A program made the position numbers and the translations under genes. Positions 51,183 through 61,700 of a DNA stretch of 64,000 nt are shown here, in pieces (the first letter of the stretch is position 1; every line of letters starts with the position of its first letter). Origin of the DNA: a virus. The notes beneath the pieces are model-generated. The model searched no databases. It had not been told where the DNA came from and saw only the letters and a program-made list of their open reading frames with translations. The stretch spans positions 4,746-68,745 of IMG/VR virus record IMGVR_UViG_3300023184_003237; one strand, 5' to 3'.

Positions 51183-53426
51183 TTGGATTACACCTTAAAA
51201 GACTTTGCAGTTGATAAATTAGAAGCCAAAGAAAGACCCACGGAAGATATTGCAGATGCCCGTCATCGTAGCATGATGGAAGCTATCGCACCGTACGCAA
51301 AACAAACGGTACAAAAAAACTTAACTCCAGTGTATGTAGACTACAAAACAAGAAAAACTAAATTAGTTTTGGTCTTGTGTCCAGAATGGAGTCCCTTTAT
51401 GCCACCGTTTAGTTTAGCTAGATTGAGTGGCATATCTAAAAGTTCAGGATATGAAACTCATGTTATGGATTTAAATGTCAAGGCATACAATGAATATCGA
51501 ACCGATTGGAAACCCAATAACAAACTTCCATTTAGATTATGGGATCCAACAGGAAGTTGGCATTGGTTAGGTGATACTTACATGAAAGATATTCATCCAG
51601 TATTAGAGCCTTTGCTCAGTAAAGCTGTAGATGATATTGTAGCACTTAACCCAGATGTAGTTGGGTTTAGTATCTATTATATTAGTGAAGCACCTAGCAA
51701 ATGGATGTGTAAAGAATTAAAACGTAGATTGCCCAATGTAAAAATTGCAGTAGGTGGCCCTAACGTTCATAACAGTTGGTTTAAAATTGAACCATACTAT
51801 GATTATGTTGTTATAGGAGAAGGTGAAGCAAACTTATTGTATCTGTTAGATGAAGTTGAAGATGGTATTGTACATAATGAAACTAAAATATTAAATCAAC
51901 CCGAAGATCAACGCATTAACATTAATGGTCTTCCTATGCCAGATTATGAATCTATTGATTTCAGTCAATATGAATTGCCTAATGGCGTTAATTCAGAAAT
52001 AAGTAGAGGATGTACTGCAAAGTGTACTTTTTGCGAAGAAACACATTTTTGGAAATATCGTCAACGACAAGCAGTTGATTTAATTACTGAACTTGAATGG
52101 CTTTATTATAATAAGGGAACTGATGTTGTTTGGTTTATTGATAGTTTGGTTAATGGTAATTTAAAAGAACTTAGAGCATTTGTTAAAGGTGTGGTTGCAA
52201 AAGACCTTAAAATTAAATGGACAGGATATGCCCGTTGTGATGGTCGTATGGATTTAGAATATATGCAAGACTTAGCAGCAGGTGGGTGTGTTATGTTTAA
52301 CTATGGAATCGAATCCGGAAGTCAAAAAGTTTTAGATGATATGTCTAAAGGTGTTACTATCGCTGAGATGGAACAAAACTTTATTGATGGAAAGAAAGTT
52401 GGTATATGGGCATCAACAAATTGGATAGTGGGGTTTCCCACTGAAGATTTTCAAGACTACGCTGATAGTATGACATTGTTATGGCGTATGAGAAATAACA
52501 ATATTAATAACGCAGGGTTAGGTGTAGGATTCTCACAGGGTCCAGAAACTATAGTTGGACAAAACCCACATAGATATAATTTAAGCTGGCACAAGTATCA
52601 AGGACATTGGATTACAAATGACTTTACTATGGGTGGTACTCATGTAATGACTAGAGTAAAAACATTTCATATGTTTGCTGATTTTTTAAAGGGATGCACT
52701 GATATTCCAATTGGGTATCCGGTAAGAACTAGTTTAGCTAGAGATCATTATAAAATAACATTAAATAACAACAATTGTATTAGAGAGATTGAATATGAAA
52801 AATTTGATTATAATATAATTAAACCAAATATTAATTCATTTGCAGATACATTAGTAAATGAGATGTGGCCATTCTTTAGAATGTTATGGAAAACTAGGGG
52901 GGGATATACTGCTGAAGTTAAATTTAATCCTGATATTGATTTGATAGAGTTTGGTAGTCAGTTTGGCCCAGGCATGTATAACGCTGTTTATAAGTTTACT
53001 ATTAGTGATGAAGGCAAGTGGGATGCTGATTTTGATATTAAGTTTGATCAAATAGACAATAACTTTGATGACAGATTGCCACCACCTGAAGGAAGAAAGG
53101 GTCCGTTCTATGCACAAGATTATAGCAGAATTCAAGCTAATACTGCTAAACGTGCTAGAAAATTAGCAAAGCCAGATTGGGACCTTGAATTAGGTAGAAA
53201 CACACAAGACTTTACTGACTTATTAAATGAAGAACAATTATTCAACGACACGATAGATTTCTCATTTAAATTACATTGGGTAGACTCGGGTGATTGGAGC
53301 AACTATACTGATTATGAAGTAAAAGTATCAGATACTACCAGTGTAGTAATTCCTGAAAAAGAAGCAATGACTCAAGCAGAATTTGTATCTATTGATATAT
53401 CAACTATTAAAATTAAAACAACATGA
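51183..53426 (+). CDS. B12-binding-domain radical SAM enzyme
   Basis: TTG start after an AGGAG SD. Motifs PPFSLARL, PDVVGFSIY, GGPNV, GEGE, SRGCTAKCTFC, GIESGSQKVL and WIVGFPTE. Confidence 0.88.
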   Translation: MDYTLKDFAVDKLEAKERPTEDIADARHRSMMEAIAPYAKQTVQKNLTPVYVDYKTRKTKLVLVLCPEWSPFMPPFSLARLSGISKSSGYETHVMDLNVKAYNEYRTDWKPNNKLPFRLWDPTGSWHWLGDTYMKDIHPVLEPLLSKAVDDIVALNPDVVGFSIYYISEAPSKWMCKELKRRLPNVKIAVGGPNVHNSWFKIEPYYDYVVIGEGEANLLYLLDEVEDGIVHNETKILNQPEDQRININGLPMPDYESIDFSQYELPNGVNSEISRGCTAKCTFCEETHFWKYRQRQAVDLITELEWLYYNKGTDVVWFIDSLVNGNLKELRAFVKGVVAKDLKIKWTGYARCDGRMDLEYMQDLAAGGCVMFNYGIESGSQKVLDDMSKGVTIAEMEQNFIDGKKVGIWASTNWIVGFPTEDFQDYADSMTLLWRMRNNNINNAGLGVGFSQGPETIVGQNPHRYNLSWHKYQGHWITNDFTMGGTHVMTRVKTFHMFADFLKGCTDIPIGYPVRTSLARDHYKITLNNNNCIREIEYEKFDYNIIKPNINSFADTLVNEMWPFFRMLWKTRGGYTAEVKFNPDIDLIEFGSQFGPGMYNAVYKFTISDEGKWDADFDIKFDQIDNNFDDRLPPPEGRKGPFYAQDYSRIQANTAKRARKLAKPDWDLELGRNTQDFTDLLNEEQLFNDTIDFSFKLHWVDSGDWSNYTDYEVKVSDTTSVVIPEKEAMTQAEFVSIDISTIKIKTT

Positions 53427-54172
53427 AACAAAAAATAATGTTAATTGCCGGTTGTAGCCATTCATCCGGGTCAGAAATAGATGGAACACAGGATTCTTAT
53501 TATAATAGACAACATTCATATGGAAATTTGCTAGCAGGTAAAATTGGATATACTCCAATTAATACAGCAGACCCGGGTGCCACAAATTCAACCATTGCTA
53601 GAAGTGTTTTACAATGGGTTAGTGAAAAATATGATCCTGAAACTATGGAAGTATTTGTATTAGTTAGCTGGACAGACTGCATTAGAATGGAAGTTCCGTG
53701 GGAACGAATGTCTTGGTACGGTGAGCATAGTCCATATATGGATTATCATGCTAATAGTGGAGATAAATATTTAAGGGTGAGTATAGGATGGCCTGGCGGA
53801 GATCCTGAAGAAAAACTTTTAATTCCAGATTATCATGACTTTATATCAAAAAATGAAAAATATTTGGAAATATTGAGTGCTAATTTAATACTCCAAGTTC
53901 AGTATTTTTTGAAATCAAAAAACATAAATTATATAATGTGCAACACAATGTGTATGTTTGATAAAAAAACGTCACACAATGATTTTTACCTATCACTAAT
54001 TGATCACACTAAATATTACAACATAACGGATAACTCTCAATCATTTTATATAAAATATAAAGATTTGGGGTATACTAATCCTAAAGCAAAATATTGGCAT
54101 CACAATGAAACTCCTCATGCATTATATGCCGATGAGTTGTATAATTTTATAGAGGCAAACAAATGTTTATAG
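53423..54172 (+). CDS. SGNH-hydrolase-like protein (GCS variant)
   Basis: IAGCSHSSG, NTADPGATNSTIAR, VSWT and WHHNETPH motifs. Confidence 0.55.
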   Translation: MKQKIMLIAGCSHSSGSEIDGTQDSYYNRQHSYGNLLAGKIGYTPINTADPGATNSTIARSVLQWVSEKYDPETMEVFVLVSWTDCIRMEVPWERMSWYGEHSPYMDYHANSGDKYLRVSIGWPGGDPEEKLLIPDYHDFISKNEKYLEILSANLILQVQYFLKSKNINYIMCNTMCMFDKKTSHNDFYLSLIDHTKYYNITDNSQSFYIKYKDLGYTNPKAKYWHHNETPHALYADELYNFIEANKCL

Positions 54173-54261
54173 TAAGATGGTTTAAAAATTTGATTAGAGA
54201 ATATAAATATCGCAAGCGATTAAAAGAACTACGTAAGCGTGATCCGTTTATTTACAAATGA
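54163..54261 (+). CDS. 32-aa basic micro-protein MFIVRWFKNLIREYKYRKRLKELRKRDPFIYK (missing from the ORF track)
   Basis: GAGG SD upstream. It bridges the gap between neighbours and its TGA overlaps the carbamoyltransferase ATG (ATGA). Confidence 0.7.
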   Translation: MFIVRWFKNLIREYKYRKRLKELRKRDPFIYK

Positions 54262-55739
54262 ACTATATAGGCATATCAGCTGGCTTCCATGATGCAGCCG
54301 TTAGCGTAGTAGATAAACATGGCAATATATTGTTTGCTGGTCACAGCGAACGTTATAGTAAAAAAAAGCACGACAAGGATGTGTGTGAAAGATTGATGTA
54401 CGATGCATTCCAACACACCAATTCTGCATATTTACAATATCATTACTACGAACGGCCGTGGTTAAAATCATTGCGTCAACTGCGTAGTGGTGAAGGCTTT
54501 ACTTGGCCGTCATGGGAAAAGATATTGGGTGTTACTTATTACCAAATTGGCTCCCCCAAAATTCATACACATGGTCATCATCTATGCCATGCAGCCGCCG
54601 GATTTCAAACAAGTCCCTTTAATGATGCTACCGTTGTAGTAATTGACGCTATTGGGGAATTTGATACCATCACTATTTGGGATGCACATTATGATTCCTC
54701 AACTGGTAAAGCAAAATACAAAAAACTATGGAGCATGAAGTATCCAAACAGCATTGGTTTATTTTATTCAGCAATGACTAAAAGAGTTGGGCTACGCCCG
54801 CTAGATGAAGAATACATTCTAATGGGTATGGCAGCATATGGAAAACCTATACATCTAAAGGATATGATAAGTGAGTTAGTGGATAATAAAGATATATTCA
54901 CTTTTAAGCAAAATCTACATATAGGTGTTAGTAAAGATTTCTTAAAAGATGCTGATAATTACAACATTGCTAGTACGTCCCAAGAGTTAGTAGAACATAT
55001 GATTACTAGAGTAATAGCTAAAGCTAGAATGATAGGCTCTAGTAAGAATCTAGTATACGGAGGCGGCGTAGCATTGAATTGTTTAGCAAACAGATTACTG
55101 GGGAACTTTTATGAAAATATTTGGATTATGCCTAACCCCGGCGATGCTGGCAATAGTTTGGGTGCAGCATGCCTTGGGCATGGTACTAAAGTTAATTGGA
55201 CTGATGCTTTTCTTGGTCATAACATCCCTGGCAAGTATCCTGTTAATAACATACTTGATGTGTTACTTACTGATCGGATTGTTGGTGTCGCATCAGGACG
55301 AGCAGAGTTCGGCCCGAGAGCATTGGGTAACAGAAGTTTACTTGCAGACCCAAGAGGACATTCAATTAAAAACAAAGTAAATGAGATTAAACGCAGACAA
55401 CAGTTTAGACCATTTGCCCCTGTCATATTAGAAGAATATGCTCACCAATACTTTGATATGCCTAAGCACTGGAATGATAGTAGATATATGCAAGTGATTA
55501 GCAAGTGTAAGTATCCTGAAAAATTCCCTGCTATTGTACATCATGACGGGACTAGCCGTGTACAAACTGTGCCAAAAGATGGATCTGGCATCAGAGAGTT
55601 ATTAGAAAAATGGTATGTAATGACAGAATGCCCCATGTTGTTGAATACAAGTTTAAATATACGCGGTGAGCCAATGGTCAACGACCGTAGTGATGCTGAT
55701 AGATTTGAAAAACTATACGGGGTTAAAGTTTTATCATAA
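54258..55739 (+). CDS. O-carbamoyltransferase, NodU/CmcH family
   Basis: HDAAV, ERYSKKKHD, HHLCHAAAG, DAIGE, GGVALNC, PGDAG, EFGPRALGNRS, FRPFAP, VHHDGTSRVQTV and LLNTSLN motifs. Confidence 0.93.
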   Translation: MNYIGISAGFHDAAVSVVDKHGNILFAGHSERYSKKKHDKDVCERLMYDAFQHTNSAYLQYHYYERPWLKSLRQLRSGEGFTWPSWEKILGVTYYQIGSPKIHTHGHHLCHAAAGFQTSPFNDATVVVIDAIGEFDTITIWDAHYDSSTGKAKYKKLWSMKYPNSIGLFYSAMTKRVGLRPLDEEYILMGMAAYGKPIHLKDMISELVDNKDIFTFKQNLHIGVSKDFLKDADNYNIASTSQELVEHMITRVIAKARMIGSSKNLVYGGGVALNCLANRLLGNFYENIWIMPNPGDAGNSLGAACLGHGTKVNWTDAFLGHNIPGKYPVNNILDVLLTDRIVGVASGRAEFGPRALGNRSLLADPRGHSIKNKVNEIKRRQQFRPFAPVILEEYAHQYFDMPKHWNDSRYMQVISKCKYPEKFPAIVHHDGTSRVQTVPKDGSGIRELLEKWYVMTECPMLLNTSLNIRGEPMVNDRSDADRFEKLYGVKVLS

Positions 55740-55747
55740 GTAATTAA

Positions 55748-58700
55748 ATGCTAAGAGATGTATTTTATTACGGTAATAAACCCAATGTTCACCCAAGAGA
55801 AAAATTTGCAACTTCAATAGAAGATGCTAGACAACAATGTACCACTGAACATTTTTGGATAATCAACGAATACTGTGATTATCAGAATTTTGATTGGGAC
55901 TTTGATTTTGAATTCTTACCCAATGAAGATGTATGGGCGGAAGAACACAACAACGTATGGCCTAGTCAGCATCAAAAAGATAGCGGAACCTGGCTATGCT
56001 CATCTCAACCAAGTCAAGTAATTATTTATAGAAATGATGTTAATCCGGTAATTCGTAAAAATATAAAAAATGATAATTGGGTATTGGTATATCCAGTTGA
56101 CGAAACTAAATTTGATTTTAGTTGGCACCCAGATCCAACAGATCCTCCCTATATACATTCATGGGGATGTAAATTTTTCCCAGTAGAATTGCAAGCCTGT
56201 GTAGAATATCATGCACCAGGTGCCAGTACTATAAAGTATATGAGAGGTGTTGTAGAATTATTACCCCAGCCTGATAAATTTGACCATTTTGAAAATAGTT
56301 ATGATATAGATTATTCTTGGGTACCTGATCCAACAAGCCCTCCCTACATTTATGTATGGGGAAATCAGTGGAACAAACCTGAAGATAAAATTAGTATTCA
56401 GTATGTTGTAGAAGGTGCAACAGAATATAAGTTTATGAAAGAACGGGCTACACGTAAACCATGTTTAGAAAATTGGGCTATTCCTGAAAATATTGATTAT
56501 AAAAATTTTGATTATTCATGGGAACCTAGTCCAGCCGAACCACCTTTCATTTATCAATTTGGAACACAATGGCAAAAAACAGGTGGGCCTCGATATGAGG
56601 TTGAGGGTGCAACAGAAATCAAGTATATAGATATTTTTAAAGCTAAAAGATTAGTTAATATGACTAATTGGACCTTACCTAAAAATATTGATATTAAAGA
56701 TTTTGATTTTAGTTGGCACCCAGACGATACCAGTCCTCCATACATATATAGATTTCCAACTCAATGGGCTATGAGTGGTGGACCAGTATATGTTGTACCT
56801 GAGGCAACTGAAATAAAATATATTGACACATTGGTAGCAAAAGCTACAGCGTCAATGGATAATTGGGAGATACCTGATTATATTGATGTTGATAATTTTG
56901 ATTATAGTTGGCATCCATATATAGAAGATGAACCTTACATATATCAATTTGGTACTCAATGGCAAAAGACCGGGGGCCCAAAATATATAACTCCCGGGAC
57001 AAATAAAAATAGTCCTGTGAAATATATTGATACACGTATTATTAAAGCAAAACGACTACCTAATAAAAAAGCATTTACTACATTAGATAATATTGTAATT
57101 AAAGATTTTGATTATTCATGGCATCCAGATACTACAGAAGAATCTTTTATTTATGTGTTTGGAAATACGCAGTATCCAGCAGAAATAATGCCTACAATTG
57201 AGTATGTGATGCCAGGGGCAACTCAAATAAAATATATAAATGATATAGTTGTTAAATTAGGAGAAAATAGAAATAACTGGATAATTACACAACCTATTGC
57301 TGAGGATAACTTTGACTTTAGTTGGGTGCCTAATCCCAAAGATCCTCCTTACATATATACATGGGGTAATAAATATATTTCTAATTTATATAAGCCGACG
57401 ATTCAATATAAAGTAGAAGGCGCAATTGAAATAAAATATATGGATGATCTTGTTAAAGTATTACCTGAATTAGATAAATGGGTGATACCGGCTAATATTG
57501 ATGATAGTTTTTTTGATTATACATGGAGACCTGATCCATTAGAACCAGATTTAATTTGGCAGTTCGGAACACAATGGCAAAAGACAGGTGGACCAAGATA
57601 TATAGTACCGGGCGCTACTGAAATAAAATATGTTGACACTCAAAAAGTAAAAGTATTACCAAACAATGTTTATTGGAAAATAATAGATAATCTTAAAATA
57701 AAAGAATTTGATTATTCATGGCATCCGGATGAAACCGAAGAATCTTTTATTTATGTGTTTGGAAATACGCAGTATCCAGCAGAAATAATGCCTACAATTG
57801 AGTATGTGATGCCAGGGGCAACTCAAATAAAATATATAGGAGAAGTTATTGCTCTACTTGATGTAGATATGAATGGATGGATAGTACCTGACAATATTGA
57901 TATTGGTGAGTTTGATTTTAGCTGGAAGCCTAATCCCAAAGACCCAGCCTACATATATGAGTTTGGCACTCAATGGCAAAAGACAGGTGGACCACGATAT
58001 ATAATACCGGGTGCTACTGAAATAAAATATGTTGACACTCAAAAAGTTAAAATATTAACAAATAAATTAAATTGGATTATACCTAAAAAGATTGATATTA
58101 CAGATTTTGATTTTAGCTGGCATCCAGATGACTCCAGTCCTCCATACATATATAGATTTCCAACTCAATGGGCTACTAGTGGCGGACCAGAATACATTGT
58201 ATCAGGTGCAACTGAAATAAAATATATTGACATATTGATGGCAAAAGCAGTACCTGACAAAACAAATTGGGAATTTGATCCTACAACGATTGATGTTAAT
58301 AATTTTGATTTTAGTTGGCATCCATATATAGAAGATGAGCCGTACATATATCAATTTGGTACTCAATGGCAAAAGACAGGTGGCCCGCGCTATGTAACTC
58401 CTGGAGCGCATAAAAATAGCCCTGTGAAATATATTGATACACGTATTATTAAATCAAAACGTTTATCTAATAAAAAATATTGGAGAACAGTCAACAATTA
58501 TGTAATTGCTGATTTTGATTATAGTTGGCATCCTGATGAAACCGAAGAATCTTTTATATATGTTTTTGGCAATACGCAGTATCCAGCAGAGATAATGCCT
58601 ACTATTGAATATTATATTCCTGGAGCTGATCAATACAAATATATAAATGATATAGTTGTAAAGCTAGGGGAAAATAAATTAAATTGGATCATTCCTAATA

Positions 58701-61700
58701 ACGTAGATACTACTGACTTTGATTTCAGTTGGGTGCCTAATCCCAAAGACCCAGCCTACATATATGAGTTTGGTACTCAATGGCAAAAGACAGGTGGACC
58801 AAGATATATAGTACCGGGCGCTACTGAAATAAAATACGTTGACACTCAAAAAGTACTGGCACTGCCTAATAAAAATAATTGGGTAATGCCGATCGGGTTA
58901 AAAATTGCTAGTTTTGATTATTCATGGCATCCAGATGCAACGGAAGAAGATTATATTTATCAATTTGGCACTCAATGGGTAATGACCGGCGGACCCAAGT
59001 ATGTAATGCCCGGGGCTACACAAGTTAAATATATTGACAATAATAATGCTATAATTGGTCCTAATAAAGCAAATTGGGTAATACCTAAAAATATTGCAGT
59101 AGACCAATTTGATTTTAGTTGGCATCCACATCCCGATGATCCTATGTTCATCTATCATTTTGGTACACAATGGCAAAAGACCGGCGGTCCAAAATATTTA
59201 ACGCCCGGCGTTAATAAAGATAGTCCAGTAAAATATATTGATACACGTATTATTAAAGCAAAAAGATTACCTGAAAAGGATAATTTTATAATTTTAGATA
59301 ATATTGTTATTAAGGATTTTGATTATTCATGGCATCCGGACGAGACAGATACTCCATTCATTTACGTATTTGGAAATACGCAGTATCCAGCAGAGATAAT
59401 GCCTACTATTCAATATATACCTAAAGAAATTGCTAAATTATCCTCAGATAACCCAATTGGTCAAATTAAATATGTTACTGATATTGTTGCAAAATTGGGA
59501 CCAAACAAAACTAACTGGGTAATTCCTGATAATGTTATTGCTTTTGATTATAGCTGGGTACCTAATCCTAAAGACCCGGATTACATATATGAATTTGGCA
59601 CGCAATGGCATGACAGGGGGGGACCAAGATATGTACCTAATAGTATACCTAGGCTAGCTTCGGGTGAACCCATTGGTCAAATTAAATATGTTACTGATAT
59701 TGTTGCAAAATTGGGAGAAAATAAATCTTGCTGGAATATTCCAGATGATATTGATTTAAATAATTTTGATTTTAGCTGGGTTCCTCATCCAAACGAACCT
59801 GCCTATATTTATATATTTGGTACTCAATGGCAAAAAACAGGTGGACCTACGTATGTGCCTGAGGCTATTCCAATATTGGCATCAGGTAAACCAATTGGGC
59901 AACTCAAATATGTTGACTCTATCCATGCTACAAAATTGCCATCTAAAAAATATTGGTTCAATCCTAATCAATCAGATATTAGCACATTTGATTATAGCTG
60001 GCACCCAGATGAAACTGCACCACCCTACATATATCAATTTGGTACATTGCTAGATAAAGAGGATGGCCCTAGGTATATGTCACCAAACACAAACGGTGAA
60101 ATAATATATTTGGAAAGAGTAGAAAGAACTGAGATAGAGATTGAAATACCCATAGAAAAAATAGAAGGTTTTCCTAAATATATTATTACAACAACCTTAG
60201 AAGATTTAATTGAACAGCACCCTAATAAATTATTCTGGGCATTAAATCCTGATTTAGATTATAGTGAGTTTGATTTTGATTGGCGACCTGATATTGAGCA
60301 ATCACAATATTTACATGCTTTTGGTTCACAGGATAATATTAATACACAAACATATTTTGTTAACGCAGCGTCCTGGTTAAAAGGATTCAAAGATATTAAC
60401 TACGTAGAAGATAAAACTATTAATGTAAAAATTAATATCGATATGTTTTTTGTAGACAGAAGTAACAATGAATCACAGGTAAGATTTGAAGGGTTAAAAC
60501 AACAATTTCCTAATATACAAAAGACTCGCTACTTGAATAGTTGGGTCGATACTATTAATCGTTGCATTAATCGTGCTAGTAGTAATTTGTGCTGGATATT
60601 GAACAGTGAATTAGATTATAGTGATTTTGATTTCAACTATTATCCTAATCCATGGCAAATGAAGATGGTTCATGTGTTTGGTACGCAATGGAGCCATTGG
60701 GGAACCACATTTATGGTTAACCGCGAAACATTTGCACAAGATACAAAATTTATTAAGATAATTGAACATCTTTCTAACTTGAACTTTGTTAAAGACAGAA
60801 AAGCAAAGGCAACAAACATCTTGTATGATATTGTTTATATTGACCATGGTAACACGGACATGACACAACTTAAAAAAGAAGGAAAATTAATAGTCAACTA
60901 TCAGGATAGTTATATTGCAACATTGCAAAAAATGTTAAGTATGCTTACTGTAAAAAAAGAACATTATGTTTGGGTAGCTAGCACAGTATGTGATTATAAA
61001 GATTTTGATTTTACTTATATATGCGATCCGTTTGCTAAAGATCAATTACATGTATTTCCTAGCGATAGACAGAAGTTTGGGGACACATTCTTAATTGATG
61101 TTAACAAACTTAGAACATTGATTGAAGATATGAATACATTAGAAGATTATGAAAAAATTAATTATAATCAAAGTCAGAGAGTTAAAAGATTATCAGCACC
61201 GGTTATTGTAACTAAAGAAGATACTCATGTAAACAATATAAATTCAATATTCAATTTCCCATATGCTGTGTTTATCACTGAGGATAACAAAGACATTAAT
61301 ATCATTGATACTGAACCTATGAGTTTATGGACACCGGAATCTAAAAATATTCAGATTACTAGTGTCGGTGGAACACGTATTGTTGTTCCAAAAGAAGCCA
61401 AAGATTATATAAAACATGAATTATATGATTACCCATATATCATTACTAATAGCCGACTTGCTAAATCTAATCCATTGGATATTGTATTTTTTAGTAACGG
61501 AGAAACTAGTGCAGATACAAATTACGAACATTTATTAAAAATAACGCAAGGGTTACCAAATAAAGTAGTAAGAATAGATGGGGTAAGCGGTCGTGTAAAT
61601 AGTCAACATGTAGCAGCAAATTCTAGTGACACTCAATGGTATTTTCTAGTTAATGCTAAATTAAAAGTAAATTCTAAATTTGATTTTAACTGGCAACCGG

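Noticed and set aside
36389-54261. RiPP pathway (twitch/SPASM radical SAMs acting on a small precursor peptide)
   Set aside because: No leader/core-type precursor, RRE domain, peptidase or exporter was recognised, and the neighbours are sugar enzymes. It cannot be fully excluded, but it is less parsimonious.
54360-54367. A8 run in the carbamoyltransferase as a phase-variation site
   Set aside because: It encodes the conserved ERYSKKKHD motif, is short for such an AT-rich genome, and is not at a domain boundary.
56111-60045. CRISPR array or DGR template/variable repeats
   Set aside because: The repeats are in-frame protein modules that diverge at synonymous sites. There is no constant repeat-spacer pattern, no adenine-specific mismatch pattern noticed, and no reverse transcriptase or cas gene in the window.
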